Of a stretch of 32,000 nucleotides of DNA, positions 1-8,143 are shown piece by piece. A program made the translations under genes and the position numbers. Source of the DNA: Mycolicibacterium smegmatis (GTDB lineage Bacteria; Actinomycetota; Actinomycetes; Mycobacteriales; Mycobacteriaceae); assembly GCF_001457595.1 (NCBI RefSeq), contig NZ_LN831039.1:5700001-5732000 (forward strand). Direction: 5' to 3'. Within the stretch, counting starts at the first letter, position 1. Each line of letters opens with the position of its first letter. The notes beneath the pieces were generated by a model that saw only the letters and a program-made list of their open reading frames with translations, made no database searches and had not been told where the DNA came from.

Positions 1-25
1 CAAGAAGGACCAACTGCGAGCCACG

Positions 26-481
26 TTGTCTAGCCACGGGTTTTCAGTCAAGGACGCAGAACGTGTGCACCGGCAGCTCGCCGAATCACTCGGCGACGAA
101 GCCTCACGGTATTCCGTTCTCAAGGAATCTCTGGGCGCACGAGCAGACACCGCTAGGTCGTTCGGATTCTCCAGCATCCTATGGCCCAACTTCGACTTCG
201 AAGCGGCGGCGAACGATGCGGGACTACTTGAGTCGGCACGGTATCGGCATGTTCGGAACCGCTCGGACTTGCCCAATTCACCAAGAGAATTAGCGCTGTG
301 GAGCGTCGATGCCACCGAGTTCATCGGCCACTTCGGACCCATGACGGGAGGCGAACAATGGCCCCTGTTTCATGAGCTGCTGCCAGCATATGAAGAGTAC
401 GAATTCCAATGGGATGGGCGGCGTTACGGCGCCGGCTTCAGCTGGGGCCTATTCATGTACGCGGCGGAATACTGGGACTAG
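26..481 (+). CDS. Hypothetical protein with no family recognised. The frame stays open to the window edge, so the true start may lie upstream of base 1.
   Basis: 151-codon ORF from TTG at 26, with no in-frame stop between base 2 and 26. It lies in roughly 50-55% GC DNA against about 67% elsewhere. I can name no diagnostic motif. Confidence 0.45.
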   Translation: MSSHGFSVKDAERVHRQLAESLGDEASRYSVLKESLGARADTARSFGFSSILWPNFDFEAAANDAGLLESARYRHVRNRSDLPNSPRELALWSVDATEFIGHFGPMTGGEQWPLFHELLPAYEEYEFQWDGRRYGAGFSWGLFMYAAEYWD

Positions 482-822
482 CCCCAGATCCCGCTGGCAT
501 TGGCCGGAGAACGATGGGTGCATGGCGATAAGTCGATCACGGAAGCGTTTGCTACTGGTATCGATCGGTGCCAGGCCGCGACGGCATGTACTTCCGACAC
601 GACATCGACACGAATGCGTCCTCAGCAAACAACGTAGACAGGTTTGGACAGGCGACTTGGACGTCCTGAGTGGCACCAACCACTGCCGACTCATTGTTCA
701 TTCATTCGTTTACAACCAGATAGCAACCGCATTTGGATCGAATCATCGGCATCTATTACACGCGATTCGCCCAGGTCAAGGCCAAATATCGCTGATTCGT
801 CGGCAGTCACCGGCAACCATCG

Positions 823-866
823 CTTTCAAAGCCGGTGTCGCAGGTTCGAATCCTGCCGGGGGCACC
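823..866 (+). other. tRNA 3'-half-like fragment running from the anticodon-loop region through the acceptor 3' strand. It is a putative att-site remnant, not a functional tRNA.
   Basis: T-arm GCAGG-TTCGAAT-CCTGC at 840-856, followed by the 7-nt acceptor strand CGGGGGC, discriminator A and CC. CTTTCAA precedes it at 823-829. No matching 5' acceptor strand (GCCCCCG) or D-arm occurs in the 80 nt upstream. Confidence 0.55.
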
Positions 867-884
867 CTGTACCAAGATGGATTC

Positions 885-1301
885 ATGTGGCCTGAGTGGT
901 GGTCGATCGCCATCGGAGTGGTCCTGGGCCTCGCCCTCCTGTGGCTCGCATTGGTGGTCGTCTTGTGGGCGACCAAACCGGACGACGTCAGCCTGCGGGA
1001 TGCGATGCGCCTGCTTCCCGATCTGTTGCGACTGTTCAAGCGGCTCGCTGCGGACCCGACGTTGCCGAGGGGTGTCCGCGTCCGTCTGGCACTGTTGCTG
1101 GGTTACCTCGTGTTACCCTTCGATCTCATCCCGGATTTCGTCCCTGTGCTCGGCTACGCCGACGACGCGATCGTCGTCGCCCTCGCCCTGCGCTCGGTGA
1201 CCCGAAGAGCCGGCCCGGCGGCGCTGTCCGAGCACTGGCCCGGAACGCCCGAGGGTCTCCTCGCGGTGCGCCGCCTGTGCCGACTGCCGGACGGCGAATA
1301 G
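885..1301 (+). CDS. DUF1232 (YkvA-like) membrane protein
   Basis: Carries FDLIPDFVPVLGYADDAIVVALAL, the characteristic DUF1232 core, plus an N-terminal TM helix (WWSIAIGVVLGLALLWLALVVVLW). ATG at 885 is the first start after the tRNA-like fragment. The longer ORF-track version (372..) crosses that fragment and low-GC DNA. Confidence 0.8.
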   Translation: MWPEWWSIAIGVVLGLALLWLALVVVLWATKPDDVSLRDAMRLLPDLLRLFKRLAADPTLPRGVRVRLALLLGYLVLPFDLIPDFVPVLGYADDAIVVALALRSVTRRAGPAALSEHWPGTPEGLLAVRRLCRLPDGE

Positions 1302-1310
1302 CGGATGCTG

Positions 1311-1348
1311 CAGTACACCATTTTCTGAATTCAGAAATAGATGTACTG
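1311..1348. promoter_or_regulatory. Nested inverted repeat, a putative ArsR/SmtB-family operator
   Basis: Sequence is CAGTACAccaTTTTCTGAATTCAGAAAtagaTGTACTG. The inner 16-bp palindrome is perfect (1322-1337, core TTCTGAATTCAGAA 1323-1336). The outer 7-bp arms CAGTACA/TGTACTG are 1311-1317 and 1342-1348. It overlaps the ATG at 1341 of the ArsR gene. Confidence 0.7.
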
Positions 1349-1694
1349 TCGGCGCATGCAGACCGCCTTGCACACCGACGCGCTCGCACGATTCGGCCAC
1401 GCGCTGTCGGACGTCACCCGCACCCGCATCCTGCTGAGCCTCAACGAGTCCCCGAACTATCCCGCCGACCTGGCCGAACAGCTCGGCGTCTCGCGGCAGA
1501 CACTCTCCAATCACCTGGCTTGCCTGCGTGGATGTGGCCTGGTGGTCGCCGTTCCCGAAGGCAGGCGGACTCGCTATGAGCTGGCCGACGCGCGCATCGG
1601 TCGGGCTCTCGACGACCTCATGGGCCTCGTCTTGGACGTGGATCCGGAGTGCCGATGCGTCGGCCCCGATGGCGCCGTGTGCGGATGCGGATGA
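1341..1694 (+). CDS. ArsR/SmtB-family metalloregulator, CmtR-like (Cd/Pb-type thiolate sensor)
   Basis: wHTH segment YPADLAEQLGVSRQTLSNHLACLRGCGLVVA carries the CmtR-type C-x3-C in helix alpha4. The C-terminal tail ECRCVGPDGAVCGCG is Cys-rich. An alternative start is ATG 1356. Confidence 0.85.
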   Translation: MYCRRMQTALHTDALARFGHALSDVTRTRILLSLNESPNYPADLAEQLGVSRQTLSNHLACLRGCGLVVAVPEGRRTRYELADARIGRALDDLMGLVLDVDPECRCVGPDGAVCGCG

Positions 1695-2320
1695 TGGCCG
1701 ACACCAGCAAGTTGACGCCGACTCGACGCGCGGTGCTGGCACGACGTATCCGGATGTTCGTCGCCGCCACCATCACCTACAACGTCATCGAGGCCGTCGT
1801 GGCGCTGACGGAAGGCGCACGGGTGAGTTCGACCGCACTCATCGGGTTCGGCCTCGACTCCGTCATCGAGGTGTCGTCGGCGGCGGCAGTGGCGTGGCAG
1901 TTCGCCGGCCGCGACCCCGAAGCGCGGGAAAAGGTGGCCCTGCGGATCGTCGCGTTCTCGTTCTTCGGCCTGGCCACCTACGTCGCGGTCGACGCCATCC
2001 GATCGCTGCTCGGCATCGGGGAGGCACAACATTCGACCATCGGCATCGCGCTGGCCGCGCTCAGCTTGGTGATCATGCCGGTGCTGTCGTACGCGCAGCG
2101 ACGGGCCGGCCGCGAACTCGGATCGCTGTCGGCCGTGGCGGATTCGAAGCAGACGCTGCTGTGCACCTATCTGTCGGCGGTGCTGCTCGTCGGCCTGCTG
2201 CTCAACAGCATCTTCGGATGGTCATGGGCGGACCCGATCGCAGGCCTGGTGATCGCCGCGGTGGCGGTCCGGGAAGGCCTCGAAGCGTGGAAGGGCGACA
2301 CCTGCTGTTCGGCGGGTTGA
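1691..2320 (+). CDS. Cation efflux protein, CDF-like, membrane domain only
   Basis: About 209 aa of multi-pass hydrophobic protein with Asp-containing TM segments (GFGLDSVIE, WADPIAG) as in cation diffusion facilitators. It has no cytoplasmic C-terminal domain and ends GDTCCSAG. The ATGA overlap at 1691-1694 with the ArsR stop implies coupling. Confidence 0.65.
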   Translation: MMADTSKLTPTRRAVLARRIRMFVAATITYNVIEAVVALTEGARVSSTALIGFGLDSVIEVSSAAAVAWQFAGRDPEAREKVALRIVAFSFFGLATYVAVDAIRSLLGIGEAQHSTIGIALAALSLVIMPVLSYAQRRAGRELGSLSAVADSKQTLLCTYLSAVLLVGLLLNSIFGWSWADPIAGLVIAAVAVREGLEAWKGDTCCSAG

Positions 2321-2348
2321 TTCCGACCTCTGCGGGGCACTCGTCAGC

Positions 2349-3737
2349 ATGGTGTTCACCGAAACCCTGCTTCTGCTCGCGGCCGACGGCGAGCCGCCGG
2401 GCCTGCTGCCCGCACGACAGCAGATGGCGTTCTCACTGGGCTGGCACATCGTGCTGGCGTGTTTCGGGGTGGCGTTCCCGACCATGATCTTCGTCGTGCA
2501 CCGTCGAGGCATCGTGCGTGACGACGCCGTCGCCCTGGGGCTGGCGCAGCGCTGGGCGAAGGTCTCGGCGGTGCTGTTCGCGATCGGCGCCGTGTCCGGC
2601 ACGGTCCTGAGCTTCGAGATGGGCCTGCTGTGGCCGGGCCTGATGGGACGCTTCGGCGACGTGTTGGGCCTGCCGTTCGCTTTCGAGGGCCTGTCGTTCT
2701 TCGTCGAGGCGATCTTCCTCGGCATCTATTTGTACGGGTGGGGACGTATGCCGCCGCGGCGGCACCTGCTGACGCTCATCCCGATGGGCCTCGCCGGCAT
2801 CGTCGGCACGTTCTGCGTCGTCTCGGTCAACGCGTGGATGAACAACCCGGCGGGCTTCCGGATCGTGAACGGCGAGGTGGTCGACATCGACCCGTGGCGC
2901 GCGATGTTCAACAGCGGTGTGTGGCTGCAGTTCGCGCACATGTGGGTCGCGGCGTTCATGCTCGTCGGACTCGTGGTGTCCGGTGTGTATGCGTTCGGCA
3001 TGCTGCGGGGGCGCGTCGACACCCACCACCGGCTGGGCTTCGCCGTGCCGTTCACATTTGCCTCGGTGGCCGCCGTCGCGCAACCGTTGATCGGGCACGT
3101 GCTGGGTATGCGGATCCACGACACCCAACCCGCGAAGCTCGCGGCGTTCGAACTGGCCCAGACCACCGAGGGCCCGGCACCGCTGCGCCTGGGTGGCGTG
3201 CTGATCGACGGAGAGGTGCACTGGGCGCTGACCATCCCACGGCTCGGTTCGATCATCGCGCGCAACTCGCTGGACGCACCGGTGCCCGGGCTGGACGGGG
3301 TCCCCCGTTCGGAGTGGCCACCGGTCAACATCACGCATCTGGCGTTCCAGTCGATGGTCGGCATCGGCACACTGCTGGCGGCCGTCGCGGTGGTGTACTG
3401 GCTGGCGCGGTGGCGCGGCCGGGACCTGCTGGCGAACCGGTGGTTTCTGCGGCTGAGCGTGATCACCGGCCCCCTGGCCGTCCTGGCGGTCGAATCCGGT
3501 TGGGTGGCAACCGAAGTAGGACGTCAGCCGTGGACGGTGTGGAAAGTGCTGACGACGACGGAGGCGGCGAGCCAGAGCAGCGGCCTGTGGTGGAGTTACG
3601 TCATCGTGCTTGTCGTCTACCTCGGCATGACCATCGGCGCCGTCGTCGTCCTGCGGTCGATGGCGCGGCGGTGGCGGGCCGGGGAAACCGACCTGCCCAG
3701 CCCTTACGGACCACCGCGCACGGAGGCCCGGTCATGA
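2349..3737 (+). CDS. cydA: Cytochrome bd-type ubiquinol oxidase subunit I (paralog type)
   Basis: N-terminal ARQQMAFSLGWHIVLACFGVAFP aligns with the CydA helix 1 His-containing motif. The GLPFAFEGLSFFVEAIFLGIYLYGW and GWVATEVGRQPWTV signatures are present. Confidence 0.9.
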   Translation: MVFTETLLLLAADGEPPGLLPARQQMAFSLGWHIVLACFGVAFPTMIFVVHRRGIVRDDAVALGLAQRWAKVSAVLFAIGAVSGTVLSFEMGLLWPGLMGRFGDVLGLPFAFEGLSFFVEAIFLGIYLYGWGRMPPRRHLLTLIPMGLAGIVGTFCVVSVNAWMNNPAGFRIVNGEVVDIDPWRAMFNSGVWLQFAHMWVAAFMLVGLVVSGVYAFGMLRGRVDTHHRLGFAVPFTFASVAAVAQPLIGHVLGMRIHDTQPAKLAAFELAQTTEGPAPLRLGGVLIDGEVHWALTIPRLGSIIARNSLDAPVPGLDGVPRSEWPPVNITHLAFQSMVGIGTLLAAVAVVYWLARWRGRDLLANRWFLRLSVITGPLAVLAVESGWVATEVGRQPWTVWKVLTTTEAASQSSGLWWSYVIVLVVYLGMTIGAVVVLRSMARRWRAGETDLPSPYGPPRTEARS

Positions 3738-4732
3738 CGCAGGCCACCTTCGTCGCGATGGCGATGTTCCTGGGGGTCGTCATCTACGCGCTGTTCGCCG
3801 GCGCCGACTTCGGCTCCGGTTTCTACGATCTCACCGCAGGCGACGCCCGCAGCGGGGCCAAGGTACGCACACTCGTGGACCACAGCATCGGCCCGGTGTG
3901 GGAGGCCAACCACGTATGGCTGATCTACATCCTGGTGATCTGGTGGACGGGTTTTCCGCGGACGTTCGCCGCGGCGACGACAACACTGTTCATCCCGCTG
4001 GCCCTGGCGTTGACGGGAATCGTCCTGCGCGGCGCCAGTTTCGCGTTCCGCAAGTATTCGGCGACGGTGTCGCAGGCGCGACTGTTCGGTGCGATCTTCG
4101 CGGCGTCGTCGTTGATCAGCCCGTTCTTCCTGGGGACTGTCGCGGGGGCGATCGCCTCGGGACGCGTCCCGGCCGAGGGCTACGGCGACCGCATCGGATC
4201 GTGGCTCAATCCCACGTCGCTGGTCGGCGGGTTTCTGGCCGTGGCGACGTGTGTGTTTCTCGCGGGAGTGTTCCTCACCGCCGACGCCGCCCGCTCGGGT
4301 GACAACGGCCTCGCCGACAGTCTGCGACGACGCACACTGGCCGTCGGCGTCGTCACGGGTCTCATAGTGTTCGCCGGCCTCTATCCCGTCGCGCACGACG
4401 CTCCGACCCTGACCGCGGGCCTGCGCACCTATGCGGCGCCGCTTTTGGTGATCGCACTGCTGGCCGGCGTCGCGACGGTGTGGCTCGTGTTCCGGCGCCG
4501 CTACGCGATCAGCCGGATCCCCGCGGCGGTGGCCGTCGCGGCGGTGGTCACCGGGTGGGGCGTCGGGCAGTATCCGTGGCTGCTGGTCGACGAGGTGACC
4601 ATCGCCGACGCCGCCGGTGCGGACGCGACCCTGACGGGGTTGTTGATCGTGGTCGTCCTCGCGGGCGTGATCGTGCTGCCGGCACTGGCCTACCTGTTGC
4701 GACTCACGCAGACCGAGGAGTGGTCACGCTGA
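3734..4732 (+). CDS. cydB: Cytochrome bd-type ubiquinol oxidase subunit II
   Basis: ATG 3734 overlaps the subunit I stop (ATGA). The protein is a polytopic membrane protein with GADFGSGF, GPVWEANHVWLI and ASFAFRKY motifs typical of CydB. Confidence 0.9.
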   Translation: MTQATFVAMAMFLGVVIYALFAGADFGSGFYDLTAGDARSGAKVRTLVDHSIGPVWEANHVWLIYILVIWWTGFPRTFAAATTTLFIPLALALTGIVLRGASFAFRKYSATVSQARLFGAIFAASSLISPFFLGTVAGAIASGRVPAEGYGDRIGSWLNPTSLVGGFLAVATCVFLAGVFLTADAARSGDNGLADSLRRRTLAVGVVTGLIVFAGLYPVAHDAPTLTAGLRTYAAPLLVIALLAGVATVWLVFRRRYAISRIPAAVAVAAVVTGWGVGQYPWLLVDEVTIADAAGADATLTGLLIVVVLAGVIVLPALAYLLRLTQTEEWSR

Positions 4733-5048
4733 CGACCGTGCGGTGAGGGCGGGTTCTGGCCCGAAAGCTCGCCATGGCGACACGCTCGGCGCAAGGATCG
4801 GCCGCATTCGGCTACCACTGCCGACTGGCGCGCCGCGTGAGACTCATCGCAGTCTCACGAGGCGCGTGAGCCACGACCCGCGGCACTGCAAACTTTTGCA
4901 GCCGTGTGACTACTACGGCAGCGAATAGAGCAAAGTTATTGCCACACAATGACAAAACCTGTTTTCAGGAACAAGAAGAAAAGCGTTAAGGTTGTTCACA
5001 GTTGGGGGCAATGAGTAAAACACGGCTAAGTAACCCGGAGGTGGGGGA

Positions 5049-5297
5049 ATGATCCGTTCGAAACTCATGCGGGCCTTGGTGGTCGGCGCCGGCGCCGTCG
5101 CGGTGCCGATGAGTGTGGCGGTTATCGGTGCGGCACCCGCATCGGCCGGTCCCGATCTGTGCGTGAGCGGGCCGTATGGATACGCGTACGCGTGCGTCGA
5201 AGGGCCAGGTTGGGTGCGGCCTTGGGTCGATCCCGGCCCAGGTTGGCGTGGCCACGGTCCCGGCCCTGGCAAGGGCCACTGGAAGCACCACCACTGA
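5049..5297 (+). CDS. Small secreted protein (82 aa) that is Gly/Pro/Trp-rich with a C-terminal His cluster. Unknown family.
   Basis: GGAGG at 5037-5041 lies 7 nt before the ATG. The signal peptide is MIRSKLMRALVVGAGAVAVPMSVAVIGAAPASA|GP. The mature part of about 49 aa has 2 Cys, repeated GPG/PGW units and ends HWKHHH. A strong terminator follows. Confidence 0.7.
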   Translation: MIRSKLMRALVVGAGAVAVPMSVAVIGAAPASAGPDLCVSGPYGYAYACVEGPGWVRPWVDPGPGWRGHGPGPGKGHWKHHH

Positions 5298-5310
5298 ACC
5301 GCAGATGAGC

Positions 5311-5354
5311 AGCGCCGTGGCGGGGATCTCCGGATCCCCGCCACGGCGCTTTTT
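5311..5354 (+). terminator. Rho-independent terminator
   Basis: Perfect 17-bp GC-rich stem GCGCCGTGGCGGGGATC (5312-5328) / GATCCCCGCCACGGCGC (5333-5349) with loop TCCG. The stem extends by one A-T pair, then TTTTT at 5350-5354. Confidence 0.85.
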
Positions 5355-5401
5355 CATGCCACGCCTTCAGTCACTCTCTTAGTTGTAGTAACCTGCCTCA
5401 C

Positions 5402-6616
5402 ATGGAAAACGTCTGGGTGCTGGGCGGCTACCAGAGTGATTTCGCCCGAAACCTCACCCGCGAGAACCTCGATTTCGCGGACTTGACGCGTGAGGTCGTC
5501 GAGAACACGTTGGCGCACGCCAAAATTGACGCCAGCGATATCGGCGTCGTGCACGTGGCCAACGCGTTCGGCGAACTGTTCGCGCGGCAGGGTCACCTCG
5601 GCGCGATGCCCGCGACCGTCCACGAGGGGCTGTGGGACACCCCGTCGAGCAGGCACGAGGCGGCATGCGCGTCGGGCAGCGTCGCCGCGCTCGCGGCGAT
5701 CGCCGACCTGCGCTCCGGTGCGTACGACACCGCACTGGTGGTCGGCGTGGAACTGGAGAAGACCGTGCCCGGTGACGACGCCGCGGCGAACCTGGGCACC
5801 GCGGCGTGGACCGGCCACGAAGGCGCCGACGCCACCTACATGTGGCCCTGGATGTTCTCGAAGGTCGCCGACGAATACGACCGCCGCTACTGCCTCGACC
5901 CCGCCCACCTGCGCGTGATCGCGGCGGTGAACTTCGCCAACGCGCGACGCAACCCCAACGCGCAGACCCGCACGTGGAACGTTCCCGACCCGCTGACCGA
6001 CGACGACGCGACCAATCCGGTCGTCGAGGGCCGCATCCGCCGCTTCGACTGCAGCCAGATGACCGACGGCGGCGCGGGCGTTGTCCTGGTGACCGACCGC
6101 TGGCTGCGCGCACATCCCGGCGTGACGCCGCAGGCCCGCATCGCTGGGTGGGGTCACCGCACGGTGGGGCTCGGCCTGCAGCAGAAGATCGACCGGGCAG
6201 ACGCAGACCCGTACCTGCTCCCCCACGTGCGCGGCGCCGTGCAGGATGCGTTCGGCCGGGCGCAGGTGACCCTCGACGACATCGACGGTTTCGAGGTCCA
6301 CGACTGCTTCACCCCCAGCGAGTACCTGGCGATCGACCACATCGGGCTCACCGGCCCGGGCGAATCGTGGAAGGCCATCGAGAACGGTGAGATCGAGATC
6401 GGTGGACGGCTGCCGATCAACCCGAGCGGCGGCCTGATCGGCGGCGGTCACCCCGTTGGCGCCTCCGGTGTCCGGATGCTGCTCGACGCCACTAAGCAGG
6501 TGAGCGCCTCGGCAGGCGAGTACCAGGTCGAGGCCGCAAAGACGTTCGGCACGTTGAACTTCGGTGGGAGCACCGCGACCACCGTCAGTTTTGTCGTCAC
6601 AGCAGGCAAGGAGTAA
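5402..6616 (+). CDS. Thiolase-fold protein, SCP-x/lipid-transfer-protein type (acetyl-CoA acyltransferase-like)
   Basis: The nucleophile region SRHEAACASGSVAL and the C-terminal NPSGGLIGGGHPVGASG plus GGSTATT blocks are typical of nonspecific lipid-transfer thiolases. Confidence 0.85.
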   Translation: MENVWVLGGYQSDFARNLTRENLDFADLTREVVENTLAHAKIDASDIGVVHVANAFGELFARQGHLGAMPATVHEGLWDTPSSRHEAACASGSVAALAAIADLRSGAYDTALVVGVELEKTVPGDDAAANLGTAAWTGHEGADATYMWPWMFSKVADEYDRRYCLDPAHLRVIAAVNFANARRNPNAQTRTWNVPDPLTDDDATNPVVEGRIRRFDCSQMTDGGAGVVLVTDRWLRAHPGVTPQARIAGWGHRTVGLGLQQKIDRADADPYLLPHVRGAVQDAFGRAQVTLDDIDGFEVHDCFTPSEYLAIDHIGLTGPGESWKAIENGEIEIGGRLPINPSGGLIGGGHPVGASGVRMLLDATKQVSASAGEYQVEAAKTFGTLNFGGSTATTVSFVVTAGKE

Positions 6617-6619
6617 CGC

Positions 6620-8143
6620 ATGCACACCGAGGTCGTCGCGAAGTATCTGTCGACGCTGCCCGAGGATGACACCCACCCGTACCGCACCGGTGCCTGGCGC
6701 CCACAGACCACCGAGTGGGACGCCGACGACCTGACGGTCGTGGAAGGCGAGATCCCCGCCGACCTGGACGGGGTGTACCTGCGCAACACGGAGAACCCGA
6801 TGCACCCGGCATTCAAGGTCTACCACCCCTTCGACGGTGACGGCATGCTGCACGTGGTGGGCTTCCGCGACGGTAAGGCGTTCTACCGCAACAGGTTCGT
6901 CCGCACCGACGGACTGCTCGAGGAGAACGCCGAGGGTGGTCCGCTGTGGCCGGGCATCGCCGAACCGGTCGAGCTGGCCAAGCGCGACTACGGCTGGGGT
7001 GCACGCACTTTGATGAAGGACGCGTCGAGCACCGACGTCACCGTGCACCGCGGCGTCGCGCTGACCAGCTTCTACCAGTGCGGTGACCTGTACCGCATCA
7101 ACCCCCACACGGGCGACACGCTGGGCAAGGAGAACTGGAACGGCGGGTTCCCGGTCGACTGGGGTGTCTCGGCGCACCCCAAGAACGACGACCGCACGGG
7201 CGAACTGCTGTTCTTCAACTACGGCAAGCAGGCACCGTACATGCACTTCGGCGTCGTCGACCAGAACAACAACCTGGTGCACTACACCGACGTCGAACTG
7301 CCCGGACCGCGCCTGCCCCACGACATGGCGTTCACCGAGAACTACGTGATCCTCAACGATTTCCCGATGTTCTGGGACGCCGAGTTCCTCAAACACAACG
7401 CGCACATCCCGCGTCTGCACCGCGACCTGCCGTCACGCTTCGCGGTCGTCCCGCGCCGCGGCGGCGACATCAAGTGGTTCGAGGCCGACACCACCTACGT
7501 GCTGCACTTCACCAACGCCTTCGAGGACGGCGACGAGATCGTCATGGACGGGTTCTTCCAGGGCTCCCCCGAACCCGACGACGACCCGGCGGACAACGGC
7601 ATGAGCCGCAAGTGGCAGCGCTTCTTCCGGTATCTGTCGCTCGACGGCATGCAGACCCGGTTGCACCGCTGGCGCTTCAACCTGGTCACGGGTGAGACCC
7701 GCGAGGAGCAACTCTCGGACAGCCTCACCGAATTCGGCATGATCAACCCGGATTTCGCGACGCAGGACTACCGGTACATCTACGCCGCGACCGGCAAGCC
7801 CGGCTGGTTCCTGTTCGACGGTCTGGTGCGCCACGATCTGCGAACGGGTTCAGAGGAGCGGTACACCTTCGCCGACGGCGTGTACGGCAGCGAGACCGCG
7901 ATGGCACCCCGCGTTGGCGGCAGCGGCGAGGACGACGGCTATCTGGTTACCCTGATCAGTGACATGAACGATGACGCGTCCTACTGCCTGGTGTTCGACG
8001 CCGCCCGCGTCGGCGACGGGCCGGTGTGCAAACTGGCTCTGCCCGAGCGTATCTCCAGCGGCACGCACTCCACCTGGGTCTCCGGTGCGGAGCTGCGGCG
8101 TTGGCACACCTCCGACGACGCGGCGGCCGCGATCGGCATGTAG
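6620..8143 (+). CDS. Carotenoid/stilbene cleavage oxygenase family (RPE65/CCD) dioxygenase
   Basis: Motifs PADLDGVYLRNTENP, YHPFDGDGMLH, HPKNDDRTGELLFF, HDMAFTENYVILND and HFTNAFEDGDEIV carry the four conserved His of CCD enzymes. AAGGAG lies 6-12 nt upstream of the ATG, inside the thiolase 3' end. Confidence 0.9.
   Translation: MHTEVVAKYLSTLPEDDTHPYRTGAWRPQTTEWDADDLTVVEGEIPADLDGVYLRNTENPMHPAFKVYHPFDGDGMLHVVGFRDGKAFYRNRFVRTDGLLEENAEGGPLWPGIAEPVELAKRDYGWGARTLMKDASSTDVTVHRGVALTSFYQCGDLYRINPHTGDTLGKENWNGGFPVDWGVSAHPKNDDRTGELLFFNYGKQAPYMHFGVVDQNNNLVHYTDVELPGPRLPHDMAFTENYVILNDFPMFWDAEFLKHNAHIPRLHRDLPSRFAVVPRRGGDIKWFEADTTYVLHFTNAFEDGDEIVMDGFFQGSPEPDDDPADNGMSRKWQRFFRYLSLDGMQTRLHRWRFNLVTGETREEQLSDSLTEFGMINPDFATQDYRYIYAATGKPGWFLFDGLVRHDLRTGSEERYTFADGVYGSETAMAPRVGGSGEDDGYLVTLISDMNDDASYCLVFDAARVGDGPVCKLALPERISSGTHSTWVSGAELRRWHTSDDAAAAIGM

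Noticed and set aside
595-661. Short direct repeats (CGACACGA x2, GACAGG x2, TTGGAC x2) as recombinase arm-type sites
   Set aside because: The repeats are 6-8 bp and can arise by chance. They are not reported as features, only noted in the island finding.
770-868. Possibility of a complete tRNA (or intron-containing tRNA) ending at 866
   Set aside because: No 5' acceptor strand complementary to CGGGGGC and no D-arm are present. The CCGGC/GCCGG stem at 811-835 encloses a 15-nt loop, which is incompatible with an anticodon arm. I kept it only as a 3' fragment.
372-884. N-terminal 171 codons of the 309-aa ORF-track entry fused to the DUF1232 protein
   Set aside because: The extension runs through low-GC non-coding-looking DNA and straight across the tRNA-like fragment. 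The conserved DUF1232 protein begins naturally at ATG 885 with a TM helix.
2630-3733. Upstream 368 codons of the 700-aa ORF that contains cydB
   Set aside because: This part overlaps the cydA-like gene in another frame and is Arg/Gly/Pro-rich. The CydB homology starts at ATG 3734, which overlaps the cydA stop.
4958-4969. CCTGTTTTCAGG upstream of the small secreted peptide resembles the ArsR operator core CTGAATTCAG
   Set aside because: Only one half-site (TTCAG) really matches. The similarity is too short to distinguish from chance in AT-rich DNA. I mention it only as something an EMSA could test.
5354-7420. 688-aa ORF on the minus strand, the longest ORF in that region
   Set aside because: It is antisense to the thiolase and carotenoid-oxygenase genes, which have clear family motifs. 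Its product is an Arg/Val/Gly/Ala/His-rich low-complexity sequence, typical of the open antisense frame in high-GC DNA. It has no recognisable domain.
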